Of a DNA stretch of 64,000 nt, positions 9,880-19,877 are shown in pieces. Within the stretch, counting starts at the first letter, position 1; each line of letters begins with the position of its first letter. The position numbers and the translations under genes were made by a program. The notes under the pieces were generated by a model that was given only the letters and a program-made list of their open reading frames with translations, was not told the origin of the DNA and made no database searches. The stretch comes from Thermoplasmatales archaeon (GTDB lineage Archaea; Thermoplasmatota; E2; DHVEG-1): positions 10,510 through 74,509 of the forward strand of contig DAOVGR010000014.1 in NCBI GenBank assembly GCA_030672305.1, written 5' to 3'.

Positions 9880-10926
9880 ATGAAAGAAATAGGAATACAA
9901 ATTAGAAAAAAACAAGCCGAAAAGATGCGAAGATATCTATTAAAAGAGAATCTGTTAATTAGAGATTTTAAAATAACCAGAGATGAAGGATTTGTATATT
10001 TTCCAGTCAGAAATCTTCCAAAGAAAAATACATCTTATAAACTTGTAAAAATGGATTTTGAGAAAATAAAAAAGGCACCTAACTCATACAAGGAGATAGC
10101 AGTGATACCGGAGGAATTAAAAAATAAATTACCAACTTCATATGATATAATTGGAAATATAATAAATATTAAAATTCCAAAAGAATTGATGCAATATAAA
10201 AATAGGATCGGAACAGCATTACTTAAAGCTAACAAAAGTATAAGAACTGTATGCGCAACTACCTCTATAACAGGAGAATTAAGAACCCACAATCCAGAAG
10301 TTATATCTGGTAAAAAAAGTACAATTACTATCCATAAGGAGTATGATTTAAGATTTTATGTAGATATTAGGAAAACATATTTTTCCCCAAGACTTGCAGA
10401 AGAGAGAAGAAGGATTGCAAATCTTGTAAGACCTGGAGAGATTGTTATAGACATGTTTGCAGGTGTTGCACCTTTTTCAATTATGATTGTAAAATATGCA
10501 AATCCAAGGTTGATCTATGCATTTGATAAAAACAAGGATGCAATAAAGTATGCTTTAAAAAATGTAAAATTAAACAATGTTATCGATAAAATCGAAATTA
10601 TTAATGCTGATTCGAAAAATATTAACAGAATTCTTGATAAAAAGGTAGTAAAAGTGGATAGAATTATTATGAATTTACCTTTTTCGGCTCATAAGTATTT
10701 TTCTCATGCAATGAAACTTATTTCTGAAAAAAGTGTAATTCATTATTACGCAATAATTGAAAAACAAAACCTAGATGAAAGACTAAAAGAACTTGAAAAA
10801 ATTGCAAATGAAAATAAAATATCATTTATTACACGTAAAATTAGAAAAATCAAATCTTATTCACCTAGAGAATTTTATATAGCAATTGATATTACGGCTA
10901 AGAAAAAAGATGCCGATGTAGCTTAG
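9880..10926 (+). CDS. trm5: tRNA (guanine37-N1)-methyltransferase Trm5
   Basis: [25 protein letters not shown] and IIMNLP motifs. Confidence 0.9.
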   Translation: MKEIGIQIRKKQAEKMRRYLLKENLLIRDFKITRDEGFVYFPVRNLPKKNTSYKLVKMDFEKIKKAPNSYKEIAVIPEELKNKLPTSYDIIGNIINIKIPKELMQYKNRIGTALLKANKSIRTVCATTSITGELRTHNPEVISGKKSTITIHKEYDLRFYVDIRKTYFSPRLAEERRRIANLVRPGEIVIDMFAGVAPFSIMIVKYANPRLIYAFDKNKDAIKYALKNVKLNNVIDKIEIINADSKNINRILDKKVVKVDRIIMNLPFSAHKYFSHAMKLISEKSVIHYYAIIEKQNLDERLKELEKIANENKISFITRKIRKIKSYSPREFYIAIDITAKKKDADVA

Positions 10927-10985
10927 ACCGGTAGAGCAGCTGATTTGTAATCAGCAGGTCGAGGGTTCAAATCCCTTCATCGGCT
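10912..10985 (+). tRNA. tRNA-Thr(TGT)
   Basis: GCCGATG/CATCGGC-T acceptor stem, GCTGA-TT-TGT-AA-TCAGC anticodon arm, GGTTCAAATCC. Confidence 0.95.
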
Positions 10986-11011
10986 TTTAACAAAAAGAAC
11001 AATTTTAATCA

Positions 11012-13225
11012 TTAATTTTTATTTCTTCTCTTAAACACTAACGTAAACAAAATTGCTATAAATAATAGTATAATTTCATATCCCGGTAATCCCTCACTTT
11101 TCTTTACCTTTATCAATGCATAAGTAAAACTTGTATCACTATCCCCTTCTTGATCAGTAACAGTTAATGTGACAGTATAATTACCTGCTTTTTTGTAAAC
11201 ATGATAAGAAATAAATCCACTTTCATTATTTCCATCACCAAAATCCCATATAGGGTTAATAGTATCTCCATTATCAGGATCATAACTTCCAGAACCATCA
11301 AATATTATTGTTTTACCTTTTAGGCCTGAGTAATATCCATTTGAAATTGCAACTGGTGGTCTATTAGATTCGCTTCTTATTACAACAGTAGTGTTAACAG
11401 AATTGCTTGAACCATCATTATCTATAACTACCAAATTAACTGTGTATGTCCCCTCACTTTTAAAAGAATGATCAGAAGATATCTCATTTATTATACTTGT
11501 GTCAGGTGGAAAGGCCCATTTGTAAAAAATAATTTCTCCGTCTGGATCATAACTAGCAGATGCATCAAAAGTAATCGAATCATTTACTTGTGCATGTATT
11601 TCATCACCAACGACATATTCGTTAGGCACACTTATATCTATAATTGGTTTCTTATTATCAAGTGGAGTATTTATAGTAGTAAATATCCAAATAGGGGATC
11701 TAACTCTTGAATAACTATCTTCTACTTCAGCATACCATACACCTATATAATCATAACCAAGACCTTTATAAGTGTAAGTTGCAGTCTTTCCTTCAATTGT
11801 AGAAGAAAATGCCACAGATGCAGTCCCACCACTTTCAATGTTACGATTTACTCCAATTAAATTATAAGTGTCATTTAAAATGTAATAAAAATAAACATCT
11901 AATCTTTCTCTATATGATGGAGGATCAGGATCTGTTACTTCAACACTTAATATTGGATTTCTATCAACACCGCTTATTTCATTAGCAGGCGATGGATTTG
12001 ATAAAGAAGGTTGTTTATGATAAATTCCTTTAGGATAATTATCATAAACTCCACTTTTTTTATATTTATATATATCTGGGATATCAACAGAATCATATTC
12101 AACAGTATTGTTTACATTAGCTGGATCTGGACCATAAAAATCATCCCACCAGTTTCCTATATATCCATTGTCCCATTTATTTTTACCTTCCTCCTTTGCA
12201 TTCAGATCTATATTATCTTTAAATCTATTATTGTAAATAGTGTTGTCTTTACTTCCAGGTCTTGTGTATAATCCAGTATGTAAAGAATCATCAATGTAAT
12301 TGTCTCGAATAATGCTATTGGATCCTCCAATACTTATACCCATACCATTTTTTATGATGAAATTTCCACTTACAGTACAAAAATCACCACTTAAATCAAT
12401 TCCATAAATGTTGTTACTACTTATTGTATTATTAAAAATCTCATTTTCACTTCCAGAAACAATTAGAGTCCCAGAATATTCATTAAACGCAATTGTGTTA
12501 TTATCGATTAAGGTATTACTACATTCTGAGGCATATATTCCATAAGTACTGTTATCAATGTAATTATTAATAATATGGTTACCGATAGATGTTGCAATTC
12601 TAATACCAGGATTATTAGAACAGTTCCAAACACTATTTTGGTCTAATGTTATCAAATTCGAATTTCCAATATATACTCCTCTTGTACCATTGATAGTATT
12701 ATTTCTAATAACTGCTCCATGAGAGCCATCTATTAGAATTCCATAACCATTTTTACTATGGTTTATTAAACAATCAATAACTTTTACACCACTTGCTTCT
12801 GATGAGATATGAATTACAGCTTTTCTGTGCGATGTTGGTGTCGTATCCATTAATGATAATCTTTCAAGAGAAACAGAATCTGCTACAATATCAATTAGAT
12901 AAGCATTCTTCATTGAACTATTAATCAAAACATCTTCCAAAGATTCAGTTATAATTGTTATAGATTTATCAACAACTACATCACCTGTGTATTTTCCTGC
13001 AAGAACTTTGATAGTATCACCATCTTGAGCATTATTGACGGCATCCTGAATGTTCTTGTAAGGATTATATAAAGAACCATCAGCTTCATCTGGGTATCTT
13101 TGATCATCATCGACATAAATATCTTTACCAGAAGCTACAGAATGTTCACTATATATGTTTATCACAAAAATACTAATCAATAATGATAGAGTAATTATAC
13201 TAACAAGTGCTTTGGATTTATGCAT
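11012..13225 (-). CDS. Secreted NosD/CASH parallel beta-helix protein with two PKD domains and a PGF-CTERM variant (PGY)
   Basis: Signal peptide, IQDAVNNAQDGDTI, Asn-ladder repeats, FDASASYDPDG and WDFGDG, C-terminus LPGYEIILLFIAILFTLVFKRRNKN. Confidence 0.85.
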   Translation of the reverse strand: MHKSKALVSIITLSLLISIFVINIYSEHSVASGKDIYVDDDQRYPDEADGSLYNPYKNIQDAVNNAQDGDTIKVLAGKYTGDVVVDKSITIITESLEDVLINSSMKNAYLIDIVADSVSLERLSLMDTTPTSHRKAVIHISSEASGVKVIDCLINHSKNGYGILIDGSHGAVIRNNTINGTRGVYIGNSNLITLDQNSVWNCSNNPGIRIATSIGNHIINNYIDNSTYGIYASECSNTLIDNNTIAFNEYSGTLIVSGSENEIFNNTISSNNIYGIDLSGDFCTVSGNFIIKNGMGISIGGSNSIIRDNYIDDSLHTGLYTRPGSKDNTIYNNRFKDNIDLNAKEEGKNKWDNGYIGNWWDDFYGPDPANVNNTVEYDSVDIPDIYKYKKSGVYDNYPKGIYHKQPSLSNPSPANEISGVDRNPILSVEVTDPDPPSYRERLDVYFYYILNDTYNLIGVNRNIESGGTASVAFSSTIEGKTATYTYKGLGYDYIGVWYAEVEDSYSRVRSPIWIFTTINTPLDNKKPIIDISVPNEYVVGDEIHAQVNDSITFDASASYDPDGEIIFYKWAFPPDTSIINEISSDHSFKSEGTYTVNLVVIDNDGSSNSVNTTVVIRSESNRPPVAISNGYYSGLKGKTIIFDGSGSYDPDNGDTINPIWDFGDGNNESGFISYHVYKKAGNYTVTLTVTDQEGDSDTSFTYALIKVKKSEGLPGYEIILLFIAILFTLVFKRRNKN

Positions 13226-13299
13226 TTTCCCATCTTCTCAGAAAAAAACAAATAACATAGTTGGATTTATAGTTTTCTCATAAGCGATCTGATGATTCT

Positions 13300-13752
13300 A
13301 TGAAAATCTGTGTTGGCGGAACCTTTAATCGACTTCATAAAGGTCATAAATTGATATTAAGAAAAGCCTTTAAACACGCTGGAAAAGATGGTACAGTTTT
13401 TATTGGACTTGCTACGGGAAGCTTAGTAAGAAATAAAGAAGAAACTAGACATTTAGATAAACGAAAAAAGGAATTAGAAAAATATCTTTTAAAAGAAGGA
13501 TATAATATTCAAGCAGAAATTGTTCCAATAACAAATAAATATGGTCTAACTTTAGATGAAGATTTTGATGCAATAGTCATATCCCCAGAAACAGAAAGAA
13601 TTGCTATACAAATAAATCATAAACGCGTTTTAAAAGGCAAAAGACCATTAAAAATTATAAGAATACCTTTTGTTTTAGCAGAAGATGGTAAACCTATTAG
13701 CTCGACAAGGATAAATAATAAAGAAATTGATGAAAATGGGAATCTACTTTGA
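13300..13752 (+). CDS. coaD: Phosphopantetheine adenylyltransferase (archaeal type)
   Basis: GGTFNRLHKGH, VISPET and ISSTRI motifs. Confidence 0.9.
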   Translation: MKICVGGTFNRLHKGHKLILRKAFKHAGKDGTVFIGLATGSLVRNKEETRHLDKRKKELEKYLLKEGYNIQAEIVPITNKYGLTLDEDFDAIVISPETERIAIQINHKRVLKGKRPLKIIRIPFVLAEDGKPISSTRINNKEIDENGNLL

Positions 13753-13809
13753 AGAGATTAATTTAATAAAGGGGATTTTTATACATCGCCTAAAAAAGGG
13801 TGATTATAA

Positions 13810-14109
13810 GTGACATATTTAATCTTTGAAGTAAAATCAGACGAAATTGGGAAGATAAATAAATTAATCAAAGATGATCTTATCAGTAGGCAAAGCATAC
13901 TCACCAGAGATTCAAGTTCTTTAAATTTAAAAGGAAATTTTTCCTATGTAAAAATTGAAGGCAGCAATGATGGCCTAAAAAGAGCAAAAGAACTTGCTAA
14001 AGATCTTGAACTTAAAAAATTAGACGGAAAAAAGGCAAAAGAAATCGATACAAAAATGCAAGAACAAGAGGATTCTGCTGCTTCTGGTATGGGTATGATT
14101 TTTGATTAA
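13810..14109 (+). CDS. Hypothetical 99-aa protein with acidic-hydrophobic C-terminal tail
   Basis: GGTGA SD plus GTG start; ends EQEDSAASGMGMIFD. Confidence 0.75.
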   Translation: MTYLIFEVKSDEIGKINKLIKDDLISRQSILTRDSSSLNLKGNFSYVKIEGSNDGLKRAKELAKDLELKKLDGKKAKEIDTKMQEQEDSAASGMGMIFD

Positions 14110-15113
14110 ATCTTCCAATATCTACTCATCTCATTTTTAATCTCTTTTATTACTTCATTAACATTTTCTTCTTCTGTTGATTGATCTTTAAAATCTACTT
14201 CTTTACCAATCATTTGCCCCAACTGAGAAACAAGACACTTACCAATCCAATCTAGATTATATCCACCTTCTAAGGTACAAACAATTTTTGGTTGAATTTC
14301 CTGAAATTTTGAAATTATTTCTCTATAAAAATGAGAGGTTAATCTTAAACCCCCTAAAGGATCTAAGTGATGAGAATCATAACCTGAAGAGAAAATTATC
14401 AATTCAGGCTTGAATTGTTTTGCTATTGGTAGAAAAACTTCGTCTATGGTTTTTGAAATAGCATTATCTCCATTTCCATGAGATACTGGTATATTAACAG
14501 TAAATCCCTCACCTTTGCCGATTCCTGTTTCATTTGTATCTCCAGTTCCAGGATAATGTGGTGATAAATGAAATGATTGATACATTACATCATTTCTATC
14601 ATAAAATATATCTTGTGTACCATTTCCATGATGAACGTCAAAATCAAAAATTAGTATCTTTTTTCCTTGTTTTGTTAGTTCATTTGCAGCTATTGCTGCA
14701 TTATTGAAAAGACAGAATCCCATTGATCTATTTTTTGTTGCATGATGACCGGGAGGTCTGACCAGTGCAAATGCATTATCAACTTTTCCTTTTAGGACAT
14801 TGATACTTGCTTTTAATAATCCTCCTGCTGCAAGTCTAGCTGTTTCAAAATCAGAATTACAAACATATGTGTCCATATCTACCCATGCTTCGTATTCTGT
14901 GCTCATCTCCTTGATTTGTTCAATCATTCTCTCAGAATGTATTTCATATAAAAGGTTTTCAGGTAACAATTCAGGCTTTATAAATTCTATATCATTATAA
15001 AATGGAGTTTTTTTAATTTCTTCAATCATTACATTTAGTCTTTCAGCATTTTCTGGATGTCCTCTATTATTATGTTTACTAAATTCTTCTGAGAAAACAA
15101 TCTGTGTTGACAT
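14106..15113 (-). CDS. Histone deacetylase / acetylpolyamine amidohydrolase family protein (ATG 15113 preferred)
   Basis: HPENAERL, RPPGHHA, GFCLFNN, DFDVHHGNGTQ and LEGGY motifs. Confidence 0.93.
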   Translation of the reverse strand: MSTQIVFSEEFSKHNNRGHPENAERLNVMIEEIKKTPFYNDIEFIKPELLPENLLYEIHSERMIEQIKEMSTEYEAWVDMDTYVCNSDFETARLAAGGLLKASINVLKGKVDNAFALVRPPGHHATKNRSMGFCLFNNAAIAANELTKQGKKILIFDFDVHHGNGTQDIFYDRNDVMYQSFHLSPHYPGTGDTNETGIGKGEGFTVNIPVSHGNGDNAISKTIDEVFLPIAKQFKPELIIFSSGYDSHHLDPLGGLRLTSHFYREIISKFQEIQPKIVCTLEGGYNLDWIGKCLVSQLGQMIGKEVDFKDQSTEEENVNEVIKEIKNEMSRYWKI

Positions 15114-15213
15114 AAAAATCAATAACAGAAAATATAGCACTTACATATAAATCATAACATTGAATTTAAGTAGATGAACTATATTGATGCTAAAGATAAA
15201 AGAGTTATAAGTT

Positions 15214-18200
15214 GTGAATGATTTGTTAATTGGCATATCACCAGAATATCTTTATTTACATGAAAAAATTCCAAAGGCTATATCAGAATTACATAAACCA
15301 TATTTTTTAGTTTTTTGTCCTAAAGATAGAAATACAGAATCTGCAAGAAAAGACCTTATTAAAAAATGGGAGAACAATAAATCTTCAGATGATTCTTTAT
15401 CCAAAATTAAAGAGATAGGTGAAGTTGAAACCTACCAAAGTTTTTGGGATTCTGGAGCAGATAGAGAGATTTTTAAAGTATTTACTAAAAAATCATATTT
15501 TGTACCAGATGTAAGTGACTATTTATTTTTCAATCAGGGGTTATATACTGCAGAACATGATATTCCTTATCAACAAAGAGCATTAGTAGATCTAGCTGCT
15601 GAAGGAAAAACATGGCTTTTTGATACAAATGGAGAAAAAAAGAATCTTAAGGTTTTAGTATATGATATTGAAACATCAGAATTTGAGAAAGGGAAAGAAA
15701 ATATTCCGATAGATATCATTGGATTCTCAGATTTTGATATAGTTTTTGATTCAGATAAAGACCTAGAAAAAGAAGAATTTAGTTTTAACATTTTAGATTG
15801 CCCATCTGATTGGGAGAGTATTGAAGTAAAACAACTTATCTCACGTAATCTTGATGAAGAAATTGATAATCTTTTAAATTTTTGTAGTATTGTTTCCAAA
15901 CACGACATAATATCTGGTCATAACATTATTGGTTTTGATAATTTTCATATATATAACAGGTTAAACTGGATTTTAAAAGAAAAGAGAAATCAACTATCTG
16001 ATGAAAATAAAAAAATTCTTCAAAATTTTGTAACCAAGAATAGTAGACCTGATAAATCCTTTTATTTTGGGATTCGCTCTGAAGCAGTGCAATTCTATCC
16101 TTGCAGTCTTGATACATATTTAGGAGTTAGAAAGTTTTATTCTTTCTTGAATGATTTTAGTCTAAAATCAGTTGCTCCATTCCTGGGTATTGAGGTTAAA
16201 GATAGAATAATTTTGACTCCTTCTCAAATTAAAATCGATGAAAGAACTATAAAATATAACAAGCAGGATGTTCAGGAGCAGTTAGGAGTGACCCTTAATT
16301 TAATTCAACAGTCTCTTCCTCTCGCTTTTACCACTTGTATGCCTTTTGATATGCTACTTTCTTCTGGTGCTGTGTATATGTGGGACCATATGTCTCTTAT
16401 TAGGGCATCTGTCCAAAAAAAGATTATGCCGCCGATTTGTAGAGTAATGTCTATTTCTCAAATTTTGCTGAAATATTTTAAGGATTGTAAAACTAGAGAA
16501 GATATTGTTAGACAATCTAAAAAAATAAAGGAACAATTGTCAAAGGATTTTGTTCGAGTGATAAAATATGGATATGAAATGCCAAAATGGATGGAGGATC
16601 CATATGTTATTTATAATGAGAATCCAGCTGATCCTGATGAAAGATTAAATTATCATATGCCTGGTGGTATGACAATGAAACCTGATAAAGAAGCATTTTC
16701 TCATTTTATTCCTTGGTGGTATGTAGTTGTTGCCGATGTTGGAGCAATGTATCCTACAATTCTTAAAGCTATGAATGTGGGTGCAGACACTGTAAGACTT
16801 GCACATAAGACTGAAAAACCTGACGATTGGATTTGGTTAAAAAAACTTCCTGATCGTTTTTTAAGTAGTAGAGATGTAAACTGGAGGAAAATTACAAAAG
16901 AAGATACTTTTGCAGATGAAGGATTTATGCTTGGCATCAAAATAGACGATAAACCAGGTGTTGTAAATTGTGCTATGACTGGAATTATGAGTATGATTGC
17001 AAAGACAAAAGATGAACTGAAAGAAGCAAAGAAAAGAAACAATGAGGCAGAGTTGCAACGCTTAAAGATGATGTATCAAAGTGTTAAAGGCGCTCGTAAC
17101 GCCGGTAGTGTTGATTATTCGCAAAGAATTATTCTCATTAATTCAGAAGGAGAATATGAAAATATTAAAATCGGTGAGTTTGTTGATAAAGCAATTGATA
17201 AATTTGGATATTTTACTGAGAAAATCAATGGTACTGAATTTGAAATTGCCGATATCAAGGATAATTGGAGAGTAGTTTCGATAAATAAGAATGGAAAAAT
17301 TGAAGTCAAGAAAGTAAAACAAGCAGTTAGACATAAATGGAAAGGAAAACTTGTTAAAATCTCGACAAAAAGCGGATTTACAGTTGTTACTCCAAATCAT
17401 AGTGTATTTACAATAAAAGATAAAGCGATAAAAGAGATTTCAGCTGGGGAGATTAATGCTGATACTTTGCTTGTTCATGCAAACAAAATTCCAAATATAG
17501 AAAAAAGTCAAAAAATCAACTTGATTAATGCAATAACTAAACCAGGGTATTATGGATTCATAGAAAAAGAAGATTTAAATTATTTTAATGGTTTGAGAAA
17601 AGATTTGGTTAATATAAATCTTAAAGATAATACTTGTACACCCTATTTAAAAATTAAACTTGAAAAACTAAAAAAAATAGATATTCCTGATGATCTCTTA
17701 AAACATATAACAGTTGGATCAAATGGGAGAAAATCTAGTAGAATTAAATCATATATCAAAATTGATAAGGATCTTGCAGAATTTCTTGGTTATTACATTT
17801 CTGAAGGCCACACATCTAAAAGAATTATAAATAAAAATCCATTCTATTATATTACAATTTCTAGTGCTTCTAAACAAATGCACAATAGGATTCAAGAGAT
17901 ATCTAACAAAATATTTGGTTTAAAGCCATATATGTTAGATAGAAGAAAAACAGCAGGGGTAATTGCATCTACAGTTCACGCAAAAGTTATAAATCATATC
18001 TTTGAAGAAATAATTAAATGTGGAGATAACAGCAGAAACAAACAAATTCCATATCAAATATTATCTGCTTCAAGTTCTGTAAAGGAATCATTTTTAAAGG
18101 CTTATATGGAAGGCGATGGAAATTTTAAATCTGATATGCCAAATTCCTGTCCATTAGGGAGATTCACAACTAATAGTCGAGATTTAAACGAAGATTTGAT

Positions 18201-19413
18201 AACAATACAAAAACAATTTGGAATAAAAATAAACACTTATTTTAGAGAGAGTGAAAAAACATATAATACTAGAATGGTAAATTTTTATAAAGGAAAAAAA
18301 GAGAAATTAGAAGATTGTTATGCAATCCCCCCTAAAAAAATTGAATATATCGATCCATCTTCAGATTATGTTTATGATATAAGTGTTAAGGATAACGAAA
18401 ATTTTATTGATATAAATGGAGGTTTGCTATTACACAATACACATGGCATTTTAGCCGCACCTAGTGTATCTGGTAGACAATTCAATCTTTGGGGGGCGGC
18501 AACAATTACTACAAAAGGACAGTTTATAATGTCTGATACTCTTGATTATTTAAAAAATAAAGGAATCCGTGTTGTATATATAGATACGGATGGTGCATAT
18601 TTAGGATGTTCTCGTTCGGTAGGAAACATTCCTAATCTTTCAAAAGCATTGGACCTTGATGTACCAAATGATGAAAACTCTTGGATTACAAAACCAGATA
18701 AAGCAATAAAAGCAATAGAAGAATGCAACAGCAAATGGCAAAAAGAACTTAATTATCCTGACTTTGAATTAGAGCCCGAAATTCATGACAATATGATTTT
18801 TGTCAAACATAAGAACTATCTAATTTTTGATAATAAAGATGGAAAAATCGAAATGATTACCAAAGGTAATAATTTCAAGGGCGCAGATAAGGCAGATATT
18901 GCAAGGAAAATTCTCAAAAAGATAATGATCGAAGTCCTAAAAGAAAATCCAACTTGGAAAGACGAGGAAGAAGCAAGAGAATCAGTTAAAAACAGTATTA
19001 TGAACATAACAAAAGAAATCGTTTCAAAACTTGATTTAACCCAGGTAGACCTAGATGATTTAACACTTGTTCAATCTGTTCAACCAGCAAAAAGGTACAA
19101 ATTGAATCAGGATGGTTCAATTTCTGTGTTTGGTAAACGTTCTCAAGCATTAGAAAAGCTTATTGGTCAGCCTATAAAGAGTCGTATTAAATTCAAATTT
19201 GTGGTTACAAAAAGACCTCTTCCAGGTATTATTAAACCATCTAAAAGTGGTGTAAAACCAATTGATTATATGTATCCTGTTGATTTTTTAATAAATAAAA
19301 ACGAAATTGATCTTGATTGGTATAAAAAAATGATTGAAAATTATATCCAGGGAGCATTTGGCTTATCAGATATTGCAATCACTGAGCAAACTGGACTAGA
19401 TGCTTGGATGTAA
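15214..19413 (+). CDS. polB: Divergent family B DNA polymerase with an intein
   Basis: Exo I YDIET, Exo II GHNIIGFD, Exo III YNKQD, motif A DVGAMYPTI, motif C YIDTDG, C-terminal PIP-like QTGLDAWM. Confidence 0.88.
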   Translation: MNDLLIGISPEYLYLHEKIPKAISELHKPYFLVFCPKDRNTESARKDLIKKWENNKSSDDSLSKIKEIGEVETYQSFWDSGADREIFKVFTKKSYFVPDVSDYLFFNQGLYTAEHDIPYQQRALVDLAAEGKTWLFDTNGEKKNLKVLVYDIETSEFEKGKENIPIDIIGFSDFDIVFDSDKDLEKEEFSFNILDCPSDWESIEVKQLISRNLDEEIDNLLNFCSIVSKHDIISGHNIIGFDNFHIYNRLNWILKEKRNQLSDENKKILQNFVTKNSRPDKSFYFGIRSEAVQFYPCSLDTYLGVRKFYSFLNDFSLKSVAPFLGIEVKDRIILTPSQIKIDERTIKYNKQDVQEQLGVTLNLIQQSLPLAFTTCMPFDMLLSSGAVYMWDHMSLIRASVQKKIMPPICRVMSISQILLKYFKDCKTREDIVRQSKKIKEQLSKDFVRVIKYGYEMPKWMEDPYVIYNENPADPDERLNYHMPGGMTMKPDKEAFSHFIPWWYVVVADVGAMYPTILKAMNVGADTVRLAHKTEKPDDWIWLKKLPDRFLSSRDVNWRKITKEDTFADEGFMLGIKIDDKPGVVNCAMTGIMSMIAKTKDELKEAKKRNNEAELQRLKMMYQSVKGARNAGSVDYSQRIILINSEGEYENIKIGEFVDKAIDKFGYFTEKINGTEFEIADIKDNWRVVSINKNGKIEVKKVKQAVRHKWKGKLVKISTKSGFTVVTPNHSVFTIKDKAIKEISAGEINADTLLVHANKIPNIEKSQKINLINAITKPGYYGFIEKEDLNYFNGLRKDLVNINLKDNTCTPYLKIKLEKLKKIDIPDDLLKHITVGSNGRKSSRIKSYIKIDKDLAEFLGYYISEGHTSKRIINKNPFYYITISSASKQMHNRIQEISNKIFGLKPYMLDRRKTAGVIASTVHAKVINHIFEEIIKCGDNSRNKQIPYQILSASSSVKESFLKAYMEGDGNFKSDMPNSCPLGRFTTNSRDLNEDLITIQKQFGIKINTYFRESEKTYNTRMVNFYKGKKEKLEDCYAIPPKKIEYIDPSSDYVYDISVKDNENFIDINGGLLLHNTHGILAAPSVSGRQFNLWGAATITTKGQFIMSDTLDYLKNKGIRVVYIDTDGAYLGCSRSVGNIPNLSKALDLDVPNDENSWITKPDKAIKAIEECNSKWQKELNYPDFELEPEIHDNMIFVKHKNYLIFDNKDGKIEMITKGNNFKGADKADIARKILKKIMIEVLKENPTWKDEEEARESVKNSIMNITKEIVSKLDLTQVDLDDLTLVQSVQPAKRYKLNQDGSISVFGKRSQALEKLIGQPIKSRIKFKFVVTKRPLPGIIKPSKSGVKPIDYMYPVDFLINKNEIDLDWYKKMIENYIQGAFGLSDIAITEQTGLDAWM
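17107..18438 (+). mobile_element. 444-aa intein with LAGLIDADG homing endonuclease
   Basis: Starts SVDYSQRI; block B VVTPNHSVF; LGYYISEG and FLKAYMEGDG; block F VYDISV; ends LLHN followed by Thr. Confidence 0.93.
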
Positions 19414-19646
19414 AAAAAAAGATGATTAGTATATCCTCAGGCGTTATCTTTTTCCTTTGATCTATAAACTTTTCACATCCATAACATAAATATGAAACAA
19501 AGTAGCACGTTACCATTAAACAATTTTATCTTTCAATATAAGAAATCTGTTAAGATTGAACCCATTTAATTGTAACAATAATTACAAATACTTTTAAGGA
19601 GGATAACAGGAGAGTACATAAGAGAAAATTATTTATTCAAAGAATT

Positions 19647-19759
19647 GATTTAAAAATGGGGGACCTGGTATTAATAGAATTGGGGAGGTTTACTGTACCT
19701 GCTTTCCGCTTTGAGGCGCATTCCTCCTACCAATGCATCCTGTCCCCCACTTTTTAATC
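19647..19759 (-). ncRNA. Candidate structured non-coding RNA of unknown family
   Basis: GC-rich island; long terminal stem, internal hairpin and loop complementarity; G-U pairs favour the minus strand. Confidence 0.55.
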
Positions 19760-19877
19760 AGATAAGAAACGGTTTTTATTTAGATTTAATAAGAAAAACA
19801 TTGAGTTTCAACAAGTAACTAATCTATTATTTTAATAGCATCTCTGTATATACTTTTGTTGAAACAACAATATTTTT

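Noticed and set aside
19379-19516. Minus-strand ORF of about 45 codons with cysteines (MVTCYF...CYGC)
   Set aside because: Short, no SD, overlaps the polB end and has no recognisable motif
19647-19759. H/ACA guide, RNase P fragment or SD-led micro-ORF (MRLKAESRYSKPPQFY) as the explanation for the GC-rich element
   Set aside because: No K-turn or true ACA box; too short and lacking RNase P conserved regions; GGAGG is only 1 nt from the AUG
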